A stretch of 64,000 nucleotides of DNA from Paraspadella gotoi (GCA_051294375.1 CM119265.1:26015748-26079747); one strand, 5' to 3'. Shown: positions 12,737 to 26,575, counted from the stretch's first letter. The notes: generated by a model from the sequence alone, not told the origin. Numbers and translations: made by a program.

Positions 12737-13572
12737 TTTTAAAAAACTCGTCTTTCCTCCCTTCCTCACTCATCTCCTCCTCTTTTCTCAAACTTCCCTT
12801 CCTTCACGACTCGCCCCCCTCAACCCGCCCCTATAAACCTGACCTACCCTTATAAACCTCCGNNNNNNNNNNNNNNNNNNNNNNNNNCGCAGGATCTCAA
12901 GCGGGTCGCGGACGCGGGTCAAGCGGCCATCCACTCCATCAACCCTCGCCGCGACTACACCATCGGACCGGCGACGCAAGTCTTGTATCCGGCGTCGGGG
13001 GCGGCTGACGATTGGGTCAAAGTCGACGCCGACATCAAATACTCGTTGAGAAAATGATTGATTTAAATTTGATTGATTGATTTACTGAGCGATCCACTCG
13101 GTGTCGTGATTGATTGAAAAAAGATTGATCGATTTTTATACTGACTGAAACCAATGATTAATTAGATGAATAATTAAAATGATTAATTGATCGGCTGAGT
13201 GAAAATTTGACCTTTTTTTTAAGGGTTAGGTTGATTAATTAAACAAGTGATAGATTTATCAAAAAATATTAAAAGTAATTGTCTTTATTATCTATCAAAT
13301 CAAATATAGATTATAGATTAATGATTGATTGATTGATAAAACTTTTCATCATCTTCATCCTTAATTGTTTTATTATTCATTAATTAATTGATTGATTGAT
13401 TGATTGATAAATCCCCCGATCATCTTCTTCTCTCCCCAGCTACGTCTTCGAACTTCCCCCTTCCTCCTCCGCCTTTTCCGGTCTCGGCGGATTCGCCGCT
13501 TCGCCCAACACGATCGTCCCCGTGGGGAAAGAGATGCTGGCCGCCGTCAAGGCCATGGTGCGGGCCATGTGA
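8319..13572 (+). CDS. Zinc metallocarboxypeptidase, family M14A (carboxypeptidase B-like preproprotein); visible exons 8319(or 8160)-8628, 9435-~9538, <10059-10146, 10373-10581, <10983-11175, 11913-12075, 12893-13044, 13440-13572; incomplete in this assembly
   Basis: Signal-peptide-like LIFLSTFVVFIFASSESA; propeptide-like YKNHKLVKI / IDQWERP / VELLHSDLQ; TFEGREM and KPAVWIEGGIHAREWLSP (His69/Glu72); AFSEKET; ISFHSFGQYILTPWG (His196); LYPASGAADDW (Tyr248, Asp255); YSYVFELP (Glu270); GF...IVPVGKE; stop at 13570-13572. GT-AG boundaries are seen where not in gaps. Confidence 0.93.
9435..9538 (+). CDS. Carboxypeptidase propeptide exon (DLSDKEALAFLNESAAK...IDQWERP); 3' boundary uncertain
   Basis: Long polypyrimidine tract plus cag at 9432-9434; phase 1 matches the previous exon. 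Confidence 0.65.
10059..10146 (+). CDS. Carboxypeptidase propeptide exon, 5' part in gap (RLERHLSLLADQSDRLWFRVELLHSDLQ)
   Basis: Donor CAG|gtggga; ends with the DLQ typical of the M14A propeptide end. Confidence 0.65.
10373..10581 (+). CDS. Carboxypeptidase exon spanning the propeptide/mature junction (EIVDAEE...FAPVEEIDNYL)
   Basis: aacag| acceptor, AG|gtttgt donor; EEIDNYL matches the eI..yl helix of mature M14A enzymes. Confidence 0.75.
10983..11175 (+). CDS. Carboxypeptidase exon with Zn-binding GIHAREW motif, 5' part in gap
   Basis: TFEGREMLLLHIS...KPAVWIEGGIHAREWLSPAVVLY; donor G|gtgggt. Confidence 0.95.
11913..12075 (+). CDS. Carboxypeptidase exon (GSRAFSEKET...FISFHSFGQYILTPWGF...PPDYQ)
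   Basis: ctctcag| acceptor, CAG|gtgagt donor; contains the third Zn ligand His196. Confidence 0.93.
12893..13044 (+). CDS. Carboxypeptidase exon (DLKRVADAG...YTIGPATQVLYPASGAADDWVKVDADIKYS)
   Basis: cgcag| acceptor, |gttgag donor; YPASGxxDDW motif. Confidence 0.93.
13440..13572 (+). CDS. Carboxypeptidase last exon (YVFELPPSSSAFSGLGGFAASPNTIVPVGKEMLAAVKAMVRAM*)
   Basis: ctccccag| acceptor, phase 2, catalytic Glu270 in FEL, TGA stop. Confidence 0.92.
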
Positions 13573-14506
13573 AGAGGTGCCAAGGAGAGGTGCCAGGGAG
13601 AGGGGCCAAGGAGAGGGGCCAAGGAGAGGGGCCGGGCGAAGAGGGACCGTGAGAAAAGTCGCCTTGGGAAAAGGAGCAGGGAAGAGGAGCCAAGGTTGTG
13701 GGGCATAGGACGATAGAGGTCAGGGAGAGGGGCCATTAGGAGTCGGGACAAGTAGAGGGCACGGTGCAAGACAGGTGAGGAAAGGCCACCGAGCGGGACA
13801 CGCGAGCAGGACTGTCGGAGTTGGTTGGATGCAAAGGGGGACTTGTGGACTTGTGTCGTCCATAGACTTTGAATTAAGGGGACAATTTGGGAGTTTATGA
13901 CGCGGACCAAGTGAGTGGTGATATAATTAATAATAAGTTATTTGAAAAGGGGCAAGTACAGAGGAGTAAAGACTAAAGGAATTTAACAATACACCGAAAA
14001 CCTTATCTCGTTAAATATGTCACAAGACACGTGCAAATAATTACCCTAACATAACTATTCGCTCAAGTTAAAGATTTTCTTTTCATCTTTGACATAAAAT
14101 TTTTTTGTATTTTTTTAATTTGAGAGAATACCATGTTGCTTTATAAACTCAGGATTTGCTATGAACCAAACAAAAAGTGTTGTATAGACTCGCAGCTTTA
14201 GCGGGGAACTATCAAAGAGATTGTCGGAGAAAAATAAATGAATAAATAAATAAAACATTAGCTTCTCAAGATTTCATTTAAATTTACGAATTAGTAGTAG
14301 TAGAGAGTAAAAGAGAGAGAGAGAGAAAGATCTCTCCTATCCGTTCTCCGCTCTCGTCTTGCTCTCGCTCTTCGTCTCCATCTCTCTCGAACCGGCCGAC
14401 TCTAATCTCTCTCATCCACTCTCGATCCTCTCCTCTCATCTCTCGTTCCTCCGTGTGTCTCTCTCGGTCTCTCTTCTCCCTGCTGCTCTCGTCTCTCTCC
14501 TCTTCT

Positions 14507-14572
<66 letters not shown>

Positions 14573-14586
14573 CTCTCTCTCTTCTC

Positions 14587-14619
<33 letters not shown>

Positions 14620-15170
14620 GTCTCTCTCTCCTTCTCTTTTTTTTTCTTCTTTTCCTCTCTTCTCCTTTCTTATGAATTCGGAACCTCTGAATGTTTCTCT
14701 TTTTGGCGCCTGCGCATGTTTTCAATTGTCGTAAACAAAAGGGAAAAGTCGGGCGTTCCTTTTTCTCCGCCGCTTAGGGACGTCTCTCTTCTGTCTCTCT
14801 CTCTCCTCTCTCTCTCTCTCTCCTCGTCTCTCTCGTCTCCTCTCTCTCTCTATCCCGTCCCAAGCGGTTGTTGTTCTTTTTTCTGTTTTTCGAAGGCGCG
14901 AGCAAGGAGAAAAGAACAAAGAAGGCAATTCAAAATGGGTAAGCGGTCAACANNNNNNNNNNNNNNNNNNNNNNNNNTGCGCTCAACGAGACCTCAAGAC
15001 TGAACTAAAAGACTAAAAGACTTTATTTCTTTCCTTCTCCGCGAACTAAAGCTCTTCATCCCCGTTCCCGCCGCCATCTCTCTCCGGCACTTATCTCTCT
15101 CATCCTCTCGTCCTCTCTCTCTCTCTCTTCTCGTGTCTCTCTCGTCTGCTCTTCTCTCTCTCCTCTCTCT

Positions 15171-15237
<67 letters not shown>

Positions 15238-15238
15238 A

Positions 15239-15310
<72 letters not shown>

Positions 15311-15468
15311 CTCTCTCTTTCTTTTCTTTCTTTTTTCCTCCTTTTCCTTTCTTATGAAATTCGGACCTCTGAAATGTTCTCTCTTTTTGCGCCTGCCATG
15401 TTTTCATTGTCGTAAACAAAGGGAAAAAGTCGGCGTTCCTTTTGTCCTGCCGCTAGGGGCCACCTGTG

Positions 15469-15518
<50 letters not shown>

Positions 15519-15690
15519 CTCTCTCTTCTCTCTCTCTCTCTCTATCCCTCCCAAGCGGTTGTTGTTTCTTTTTCTGTTTTTCGAAGGCCAGCAAGGAGAA
15601 AAGAACAAAGAAGGCAATTAAAGATAAGCGCGTTCAACATGAGAAGTCGTATAATTAGCGGCCACCTGAAATTGGACTCTGACACCCTGG

Positions 15691-15742
<52 letters not shown>

Positions 15743-16349
15743 CTCTCTTCTCATCTCTCAGAGAGAAAGAAACTCTTTAGTCGGAGAAGGAAAGAAATAT
15801 AAGTCTTTTAGTCTTTTAGTCTTTAGTCTCGTTTGAGCGCATTCGTCACTCAGAGGAAAAAGGAAAGGGATGGAGGAAAAAGGAAAAGGATGGACGAAAA
15901 AGGAAAGGGATAGAGGAAAAAGGAAAATGATAGATAAAAAAGAAAAGGGAAGGAGGAAAAAGGAAAGATATGGAGGAAAGGAAAAGTAAAGTAATGAAAG
16001 AAAAAGGAATGTATTAAAAGGAAAATAAAGAAAAAGGAGGAATAAAAAGAAGAAAGAAAAAAAGAGAAATAGAAAATGACTTTTAAAAATGAACCGAGAA
16101 TAAAAAAAAAGGAAATCAAAAGTAGAAAAAAGAAAAAAAAACTTTTCTGGTAACGAAAAATACCAAAAAAATGCCAATCGATTTAATAAAACTCAAATAT
16201 TCATTTTTGAAAATTTATGAGGAAAATGTTTTCCCGGGAACAGTAATAATGGCGGGAAAATGGGAAAGGTTAGATTTTCGTGAAAAATAAAATTCGAAGA
16301 AAAAGATTTGAAGAAGGTAAATAATGAACGGTACGACGTCGTCGCCAAA

Positions 16350-16429
16350 CTGACGGACAGACATACCGACCAACCGACCAAAAAGTGACTTATAGAGTTG
16401 CTCCGCGAGTACTAGCGGCGCAACTAAAA
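16350..16429 (-). mobile_element. HINE family A, 5' fragment
   Basis: Reverse complement of 5136-5215 (aaaagtgacttatagagttgctccgcgagtactagcggcgcaacta). Confidence 0.7.
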
Positions 16430-16724
16430 CACAAAAAAAGAAAGAAATAGAAAATATAAAAAAGAAAAGCCTTGAACACGAGGCCTCGTCGAAGCAACGA
16501 TAAAAATTCGTCTTTGTTCGTCGCGACAAAGTCTCTACGTGGAACTATGGCTAAATGGTTAAATGGCAACGTTGTCGTCGTCTTCGTCGTCGTCTTCGTC
16601 GTCGTCGTCGTCGTCGTCGTCTCCAGCCAAGAAAAAGGCCGACCACTAAAGGCGACAAAAAAGCGACGAAAAAAGAAAAGGAAAATAAATCAGACGTGAA
16701 AAAGCATTTTCGTGATACGAGGGT

Positions 16725-17106
16725 AAATGGGAAAGTGATAGAAATGAGAGAAAATGGGTAAGGGAGAAATGGAAAAGAGAGGGAAAATGGGAAAGTGATG
16801 GAAAATAGAGAAAATTAGGAAGGGAGACATGGAAAAGAGATGGAAAATGGGAAAGTGATGGAAAATAGAGAAAATTAGGAAGGGAGACATGGAAAAGAGA
16901 TGGAAAATGGGAAAGTGATGGAAAATAGAGAAAATAAGGAATGGAGAGATGGAAAAGAGATGAAAAATGGAAAAGTGATGGAAAATAGAGAAAATGAGGA
17001 AGGGAGAGATGGAAAAGAGATGAAAAATGGAAAAGTGATGGAAAATAGAGAAAATGGGAAAGGGAGAGATGGAAAAGAGATGGAAAATGGGAAAGTGATG
17101 GAAAAT
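16725..17106. repeat. 60-bp purine-rich minisatellite, ~6 copies
   Basis: gaaaatagagaaaattaggaagggagacatggaaaagagatggaaaatgggaaagtgatg repeats in register with the 60-nt lines. Confidence 0.9.
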
Positions 17107-17450
17107 AAATAAAATATTAAGGGAAAGATAGAAACTAGAATGTTTATAATGTTTAAAAGGAGAAGTTTTGGCAAACATGGATAATGTAAAATGGTTTGAT
17201 GTAAGCATGCCTTAACCCGCCTTTAAAATTTTTGTTCAATATCATATGAATAATTCAAGATTACTTGCTTAACTATATTAGACTAAGTTGCATTAAATTT
17301 AAAAATAAATATAAAAATTTAATATATTTCACAATATATTAGATTTAATTATAATAAACTCATTCATTTGTGTGATTCAAGAAACATTCAAAACTTAATT
17401 TGATATTTTAAGAGAAGAAAAGTAATGCGACGACGAAAAAAACAAGAGAA

Positions 17451-17487
<37 letters not shown>

Positions 17488-17580
17488 TAGCCAGTTGTCC
17501 TTACCGAGAGAGAGAAAAATGATTTGTAATAATACAAAGGAATACGATTGACAGCAAAACAGACGACTCTATAATAGATT
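17100..17580 (-). repeat. Inverted copy of carboxypeptidase intron segment ~12165-12655
   Basis: atagccagttgtccttaccgagagagagaaaa is the reverse complement of 12230-12260; gactaagttgcattaaatttaaaaa is the reverse complement of 12461-12485. Confidence 0.85.
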
Positions 17581-17904
17581 ACAAACGCGCACATAATTCC
17601 GAATATACGCATTCTATTGTCGACCGAATCCATCGGCTGGAAACAACAACAACGAGAGGGAATTCTCAGGCACGTCCATCGGGACTGAATCCCGTCTTCC
17701 GTGACCCGTTGAGGATCCTCGCTAGGATTTTTTGTCCCGATGCTTTTAGCTTCTTTTTGTTTTTGACTCTTGGTATCAGCGCTTGGAGATTTTAAAAGTA
17801 GCATTATGTCTTAAAGATTTCCTTTAAAAGCTTTAGTCCCTTAAGCTACTTTGTTTTTGAGACGAAAACTTCGACTTTGTTGCCCTTTAGAGTTTGACGC
17901 AAAC

Positions 17905-18122
17905 AGAGCAACTCAATAAGTCACTTTTCGGTCGGTCTGTCGGTCGGTTCGTCGGTCCGTCCATCGGTCTGTCCCACTTACTTTAAAAATGCCTATAATT
18001 TACCTATAGTTGATGATTGTTCATTTGTTAAGACAGAAAAAAACAAAAAATCGAAGTTTCTGATAGCGCATGTCATGTCATGTAATGTTATGTCATGTCA
18101 CGAGAAAAACTCGTTCTTGTTT
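17905..18122 (+). mobile_element. HINE family A, deleted copy
   Basis: gagcaactc..aagtcacttttcggtcggtctgtcgg..cccacttac..(catgt)n cacgagaaa..cgttcttgtt matches 5161-5508. Confidence 0.72.
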
Positions 18123-20177
18123 ATTTAAATCAAAGGAAAAACTTATGTTTTTTTTTTTGNNNNNNNNNNNNNNNNNNNNNNNNNNNNNNNNNNNNNNNNN
18201 NNNNNNNNNNNNNNNNNNNNNNNNNNNNNNNNNNNNNNNNNNNNNNNNNNNNNNNNNNNNNNNNNNNNNNNNNNNNNNNNNNNNNNNNNNNNNNNNNNNN
18301 NNNNNNNNNNNNNNNNNNNNNNNNNNNNNNNNNNNNNNNNNNNNNNNNNNNNNNNNNNNNNNNNNNNNNNNNNNNNNNNNNNNNNNNNNNNNNNNNNNNN
18401 NNNNNNNNNNNNNNNNNNNNNNNNNNNNTCTCTCTCTTGTTCGCCATAATTATCTTTGGGAATTGAGATATCTCCGATCGATTGTTCTCCGCGATGGTTT
18501 TCCATCCTTTTCTGACATCTCAATCAACATTCCTGATATATATTTTTTTTTATCTCGGTTCTTGTTTTTAAGACATTTCAATCGACGTCTTGGAAATTAA
18601 TCATTTTTGACCAATCGCCATCTTTCCCGCCTTTTCAAATTTAACGGAAGCTGGACAATATAGAGTGTTTATAAAATGAATGATTATTCTTATACCTACA
18701 CATGTTGGTTTTATCAAATTTAAAGTAAAACGTGTGAGAATCAAATGTAACTTCATTGTCAGTAAANNNNNNNNNNNNNNNNNNNNNNNNNNNNNNNNNN
18801 NNNNNNNNNNNNNNNNNNNNNNNNNNNNNNNNNNNNNNNNNNNNNNNNNNNNNNNNNNNNNNNNNNNNNNNNNNNNNNNNNNNNNNNNNNNNNNNNNNNN
18901 NNNNNNNNNNNNNNNNNNNNNNNNNNNNNNNNNNNNNNNNNNNNNNNNNNNNNNNNNNNNNNNNNNNNNNNNNNNNNNNNNNNNNNNNNNNNNNNNNNNN
19001 NNNNNNNNNNNNNNNNNNNNNNNNNNNNNNNNNNNNNNNNNNNNNNNNNNNNNNNNNNNNNNNNNNNNNNNNNNNNNNNNNNNNNNNNNNNNNNNNNNNN
19101 NNNNNNNNNNNNNNNNNNNNNNNNNNNNNNNNNNNNNNNNNNNNNNNNNNNNNNNNNNNNNNNNNNNNNNNNNNNNNNNNNNNNNNNNNNNNNNNNNNNN
19201 NNNNNNNNNNNNNNNNNNNNNNNNNNNNNNNNNNNNNNNNNNNNNNNNNNNNNNNNNNNNNNNNNNNNNNNNNNNNNNNNNNNNNNNNNNNNNNNNNNNN
19301 NNNNNNNNNNNNNNNNNNNNNNNNNNNNNNNNNNNNNNNNNNNNNNNNNNNNNNNNNNNNNNNNNNNNNNNNNNNNNNNNNNNNNNNNNNNNNNNNNNNN
19401 NNNNNNNNNNNNNNNNNNNNNNNNNNNNNNNNNNNNNNNNNNNNNNNNNNNNNNNNNNNNNNNNNNNNAGAGAGAGAAAGAGAGAGAGAGAGAGAAAGAG
19501 AGAGAGACGCTCGAATAATTTTGAGCGAGAGAAAATGTGAAAATATGGTGTGAATCGACGCCGTTGCGAGAAATCGAGTGAAACTAAATCTGTGATTCTG
19601 ATTTGTTTGTGAGACAAAACAGAAAAAGAAAAAAGAACAATGAAAAAAAGAAATAACAGCTTGAGCGGTTGTTGTCGTTGTCGTTGTTGCTGTTGTGAGT
19701 TTGACTTCTGGCCCATTGCTGCAAGACAATATCTATCTATACAAATGTATAATTTCTTATTAATAAACGATCTAATAATAATACCAGCCCATTAAGATTC
19801 CCTTCGTGACGTCACTAAACCCGAATTAACTCTCGATTCGTCGGTTCATGAACGAATGACGTGATTGACGCGACCCACAAAAATGAGAAGGCAATGTCAG
19901 AGCCAATTAACCAGAGGTCAAAGGTCACGATCGCGACCTTGGCGCTTTTCTGCTTTGACCACAAGGGACTGGGATCATGAGAGATGACCACAGCGATGGG
20001 GAAACTGAGTTGAAGTCAGTGTTGGATCACAGGGATTCGGATATAGAAAAGTTAAACCGACTTGTTTGAATAGAACCACTATTGTTATTATTATTTTTAT
20101 TGTTAAAGCAACATAAATTACACAACCAGAGGCGATGATCTCGCGGGGCAAATTAACTTATTCCATCTTGCGAATAT

Positions 20178-20219
<42 letters not shown>

Positions 20220-20331
20220 TAATTAAAAAAAAAAATATAACACTTGGTTGAAAATTAGTTCTCTCTTTACTGCGAAGATGGGAAATGGAAAAGATGGACA
20301 AAGGCGACAAGCATCTCTCGTCTCTCTCTCT

Positions 20332-20377
<46 letters not shown>

Positions 20378-21561
20378 CTTTGTTCTGTCTGATTGCGCCT
20401 TTCCTTTTTCTCCACACTTTTGGTACTCAGGAAAAGCGTTCCGTCTCTGTCTCTCTCATCTCTCTCTTCATCTCCTCTCTCTCTCTCTCTCTCGTCTTCT
20501 CTTCTCTCTCTCTTTTTTCTTTTCCTCACTTTTATTCTTTCCTTTTCTTCCATCTTCCCGTCTCTTTCACTTTTATTCTTTCCACTTCTTTCCATCTTGC
20601 TCCGGCAATTGCCAAATCCACTCATTCTTCTTCACCCTCGAGAGACAACGACCTTCTTTCCTCCGGACAAAAAAATTGTCTCCCAAATCCGACACTTTGC
20701 CATTTCCTCTCCGGGTCATTGTCCTCACGCTTTCTGCTAAATTAACGCAAATTGCATATTGCACGTGGCTGCGACTGACGTTCCCTTTCGCATGCAACGA
20801 GCGATACTGAAAATCTTTTCCGGCTCAGATGCATCGAAGATTAGATGAATCGGGCTCGAGATTCAGCATTAAACGATTTTCCCGCGAAACTCAATCTGAA
20901 TTTAAGATAAAATTTAAAAGAAAACAAACCCAAACAATTTTGAGAGCGAGTCTTGGATTGAAAACTTGACAGGATCCTCTGACTGAAGAGAAAATTCCTA
21001 CCGTATACTTGTTCTAGAAGGATGGAGGCCTAAAAACAACAATAGCCATTAGCGCCATTAGCCAATTGCCAATAGCCATTAGCCATTCCAGTGATCAAAG
21101 TCAAGGAGTTATTGAATTATGAATATTTTTTACATAATTTTTACCATTGACGAGCAAATTAAAAAAAAATATCATTTTTAATATATTCACGCCGGTTCGC
21201 CTAATCAAACTAAATCAATATAAATATTAATTTTTTCAACATCGAAACATGTGAAAAAATAAACACTAATGAAAATAAAAAACTATAAAAATAAACCTAT
21301 ATTCATGTCGTCCAGCCCTATACTTTAATGCTCCCCCGATCCCTCTTAACATTTTCATGCATCACTCCTTTCCACATCAAACATCACCTTCGCCTCCCCC
21401 CACGCCCGCCCCTTTTTCCGCTTATACACATATCATTCGGCCTTTTTCTCACTTTCTTATCTACATCAATTTAAATCTCGACGGGCCTCAGTTTCGGCGC
21501 CGAAGGTCGTGAGTGTCGAATCCGTGAAGTCAAAACAACCGAAATAAGAAGGGAACGTTTG

Positions 21562-21620
<59 letters not shown>

Positions 21621-22399
21621 GAGAGATAAAAACAATGAAATTGATGGGACAAAAAGGAAAACGTAAAAAAGAAGTTTTTTTTTTTTTCGGAAAGTTAAAT
21701 AAAAAGTCAAGTCAAAGGCGAAAAACTATTTTGGAAAAACCGAATAAAAAGATATTCGGTATTGAGAGAATCTTTAGGGGAGTAAAACTGTATAAACACT
21801 TAAGGGACCAATCTTTTTATAGAATTGAAACTTCATCATTTCGCCACTTCATTGATAGGGAAGTCAGGTTCTCTGCGAGTTAATAAAATAGACTATGATT
21901 GAGTATGAAAGAGAATGAAGAGTTTTCCTCTGGTAAAATCTTGTGAGATCGGAGTCCTTTCAAACGACCCATGCCATGCCATGCCATGCCTGTTCAAACT
22001 TTATGGCGAGATAGCGTCATGGCTAATTCATTGAATGCATGCATAAGCTTTTTTTTATTTATTGTACCGATTTCATAAGTCATAGGGTATTAGTTTGAGG
22101 AATCTTAGGTTGTTGAAGCGATATGGTTCGGGCGTAATGAACTTAATTGAGTCTCAAGTCTTAAGTTAAGATGAGGAAGGATTAAAACAGGCGAGCGAAT
22201 GAAAAACGGGTAATCCTTAAAAGAAGGAAAGAAAAAAACCTGAAAAGTGTTTGAGTTTAATATTGGGAGGAAACGGAATCGCATAAGAAAGAACGGAAGT
22301 CGTAAAAGAAGGAAAAACATTAAACGCAAATTATATTCGTAATAAAAAAAACGCGGGAAGAGAGAGAGAGAGAGAGGGAGAAGGGAGAAAAAGAGAGAG

Positions 22400-22434
<35 letters not shown>

Positions 22435-22435
22435 T

Positions 22436-22466
<31 letters not shown>

Positions 22467-23046
22467 AACGGAGGGAGACGAAGAAATGGAAGTAAAAGGA
22501 AATCGACATAAAAGGGAGAAAAAAATAGAGAAAAAAAAGAAAAGGGAAAATGAAAAAGAAAAAAAAGTGGAAAAGTTTGGCGGAAACATAAGAACATAAA
22601 AGAAATGAGGTTGAAGGAGGAAAAAGCAATTTTAGACTTTTTGCTTGGAATAGGGTTTGAAGTCTAAAACTCAAAAGTGAAACGATTAAAAAAAATGGGA
22701 AAAAATTATGAAAACGAGAAAAGTTTAAAAAAATGTAAAACTAATTATAGGAAGCGGAGAAAAAACTTCAAATAAAATAAAGCATAAAAAAACTACCAAA
22801 TTGACAAGAGAAACTATAAAATACCAACTATACCAATTATCGATTACAAAATAAATAAAATAGTAAGAGACAAATACAGGGAAAAAATTAAAAAAAATGT
22901 TTTAAATGGGAATATAAAAAATTATGACATAAAAATTAGTATACATGTAAAGAATTGCAAAGATGACACATTTCATTAAAAATATTCACTTTCGGCTATT
23001 AAGAGTTTAGAGAAGGCGGCATATGCTTTTGTGACCGAGCCCGCAG

Positions 23047-24836
23047 GGAAAGCTGCCATTCCTGCCACTGTTGCAGAAGGTCGAGAGATCTGGAGGTGAT
23101 GCGTGGGACATCCGGCTTTTCGTAGAAAAAAACGAATAAAAATAAAAACAAAACAAAACAGACGGGAAACAGGAAAAAACAGAAACTAAAAAAAAAAACA
23201 GAAAACGAGAGAAATAGAAACAGAAAACGAAACAGAAAACAGAAACAGAAAACGAAACAGAAAACAAAAACAGAAAACGAAACAGGGAAACAGACTCAGG
23301 ATTTTCACAGACGCGAAATGAAAAGGAATTTCGCTCTAATCTCTTTTCCCCAGAATCTTCGACGCTGAAAGGGGAGATACAGTACAAAAGGTTTATCGCG
23401 TCTTTACGAGCATCGCCTGAAGAGGAGGGGCCGAATCGGGATACAGCGAAAACCGGTTTTATGGATGCTCGGCGCGCGGGTAATCGAAGTTGTGCCCCGT
23501 GAGTCAAAAACGTGTGGCGGTAATACGTGAGAAAAGAATTTGTTGGGATTATTATTAAATATTAAAAAGATTCGGCGTGTAAATACGATGAATTAATTAA
23601 AAAAGTGATAGTAAAAATTTATTTATTACTCGAAACAGAGTCGAAACATGTCTGTTTTTATGTCAAATAAAATCGTTGTTGAAACAAAAACAAATTCTCT
23701 TTTCTAATCTAATAATACAACGAAACGAAAGGCTGCTATCGAATACATAAATTTCGAAATTATAAACCATGTAAAATTCTGGCGCACCCTAACGGATATT
23801 CAAGATGACAATTCAAAGTAACTTTTGCTTTTTCCATCAGGTTTTCATTCTTCAATACAATCATTCATACAAACCTTCTATCAATGCGGAATATCTCCCG
23901 GCGTCTATCAATGTAATGAACCGCGTATCAGTGTGCTTTAAGCCGCTGATTGCAAAGCAATCGGGGTGCATCAAACCAGAACGGAACCAACAGTGAAGCT
24001 GAGGGACAAACAGTTGGCCTCGTGACGCAGAAAGGGAATCAATTAAAAGCGGAGAAAGACGACGACGACGACGACGACGACGATGAGAATAACGACGACG
24101 ACGACGATGATGACTGCGACGATGACGAAGAGTACGATTGCGACGATGGCGATGATGACAGAGATGACAATTACGAAAATGATGACAAGGGCGATGACGT
24201 CAAAAACGACGATGTTGACGACGACGACGACGACGACGACGTTAAAGAAATAGAAAGGGAATGATGAAAATAAAATTAACGACAAATACGGGACAAAAGA
24301 CGAACTCGACGAAGAAGACGAGAACGACGAAGAAGAAGAATAAAAAACAAATGGCTAACGAGTGTTGAGCAAAGATCCAGATGTCGCTCTAGAGATGAAG
24401 TCTGGAACTAATTGCATTACTATAGTATTGTTAATTAACTGAATAGTAATTAGAAATGATTTCCCTTTTCGAAGGAAACCACGACGAACTGGTTTACTCG
24501 ATTTGATTAAAGGGATCAGTGTCATTGTCTGTGAGGTATTCACTGATGATTGCAGAATGGTGATTCGTGATTAGTGTATCACGACTCTCGTGAAGATTTT
24601 TGGTAAGAGAAAAGCGATTTACAAAAAAAATTTAAAACTAAGTTTAATGACGACAATCGCTGACGCTAAATGGTGAATTTGTTGATAAGTGAATTATGTC
24701 CTGTGATACGCCAATTTTCTGATACTATTCCGAGTTCAACTAAAAGAGAAACAACGACGACGACAACGACGACGACAACAACGACAACGACGCAGGCCTA
24801 CCAAAAAAAGGCATTGAATACGAAGTCGTATCCGAG

Positions 24837-24875
<39 letters not shown>

Positions 24876-26513
24876 TCTCGACTTGTTTCTCTCTTTTCGA
24901 TTCTGCATCACAATCGAGAGGGAGAAATGGGCGTGGCCCGAGGGGAGAAGGGAGGTAAAGGAGGAAAGAGAAAGAGAGGAAAGGGAGTAAAGGCAGGAAG
25001 GGATGGAAAGAGAAGGCAGGGAGGAAAGAAAGGAAAGGGAGGAAAGAGAGAGAAATGGAGGAAAGGGAAAAAGGAAAAAAGGCAGGAAAAGGATGAAAAA
25101 GAAGAGAAAAGGAAAGGAAGGAAAGAGAGAGAAATGGAGGAAAGGAAAAAAGAAAAAAGACAGGAAACGGATGAAAAAGAAGAGAAAAGGAAAGGAAGGA
25201 ATGATAAAAATGGCAGAAAGGTCGAAAAAGGAAAAGGATGAGGAAGGGAAGGACAATAAATAGAGTAAGAAAAAAAAGGAGGAAAAGGAAAGAAAGGAAA
25301 GTTAAACGAGAAAGGAAAGGGAGAAAAAAGAGAGAAATTGGCTGAGAAAAAGAAAGTTTGAAAGGACAGAATGAGAGAAGAGATAAAGAAAGCGTGGGTA
25401 AAGCCAAAAAACGGATTTAGTTAGTGAAGACTTGGAACCAAAACGACAGTCTGGATTAGAAGGAAAGGAAAAGAAAGAAGGCAGGAGAAAAAGCAAGAAG
25501 GGAGGAAAGAAAGAAGGAAAGGAAAAAAAGGAAAGAGAAGAGGAAGTATCTGTTGGAGCAAAAGAAAGGAAATAAAAAAAAGATTTTTTACGAGAAGAAA
25601 AGACTAAGAAAGACTAACGATTCTTAAGTTAAGTGGGAACAATACCAGAAGGAAACGAGATTTAAATAAGTAACGAGGGAGAGGGAGANNNNNNNNNNNN
25701 NNNNNNNNNNNNNNNNNNNNNNNNNNNNNNNNNNNNNNNNNNNNNNNNNNNNNNNNNNNNNNNNNNNNNNNNNNNNNNNNNNNNNNNNNNNNNNNNNNNN
25801 NNNNNNNNNNNNNNNNNNNNNNNNNNNNNNNNNNNNNNNNNNNNNNNNNNNNNNNNNNNNNNNNNNNNNNNNNNNNNNNNNNNNNNNNNNNNNNNNNNNN
25901 NNNNNNNNNNNNNNNNNNNNNNNNNNNNNNNNNNNNNNNNNNNNNNNNNNNNNNNNNNNNNNNNNNNNNNNNNNNNNNNNNNNNNNNNNNNNNNNNNNNN
26001 NNNNNNNNNNNNNNNNNNNNNNNNNNNNNNNNNNNNNNNNNNNNNGCCGCGACATTTTTTTTTGCTTTTACTTTGAATATCTGCCGCCGCCGCCTAAGCA
26101 ATCCCCGAATATACTGCCGCAACCCCTGCAGCAAACGCCCCACCGCAGCCACCGCAGCCGCCTCCGCCGCCACCGACGCGGCGGCCGCTTTTACGGAAGC
26201 CGCGTTGGAGGAAAACAGCATCGTTAGCATCTGATTCCTTTTATTGCATCACAGGCGACGACAATCACAACAAACTTCACAACAAACTTCTCAACGAACT
26301 TCACAACAATCACAACACTTCTCCCGTCGTCGTCGTCGTCGCCGAGAGCATTCACCTCTTCTTTTTTTGTCTCTTCACGATCCTCACTATTCACCATCTC
26401 ACTTATGCAATTGTTTTCACAACTGCGTTGGGTCAGTGGTCATGATTCACCCCTCAAATTTACCAGCCGTTCACAGCCCAAACTAGAGCGACTCACATCT
26501 CAACTCGACCGCA

Positions 26514-26575
<62 letters not shown>

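Noticed and set aside
14359-16177. SL/RE/F-rich ORFs resembling membrane or splicing proteins (and similar ones throughout)
   Set aside because: They are translations of CT/GA and purine-rich low-complexity DNA; 14340-14950 also duplicates 15030-15630 across a 25-N gap.
18601-19729. Long ORFs spanning N runs (also 25604-26230, 48671-49594, 54236-55282)
   Set aside because: Their length comes from X residues in gaps.
26046-26233. GC-rich poly-Ala segment as a coding exon
   Set aside because: It is open on both strands, its 5' side lies in a gap, and it has no clear splice sites or recognisable homology.
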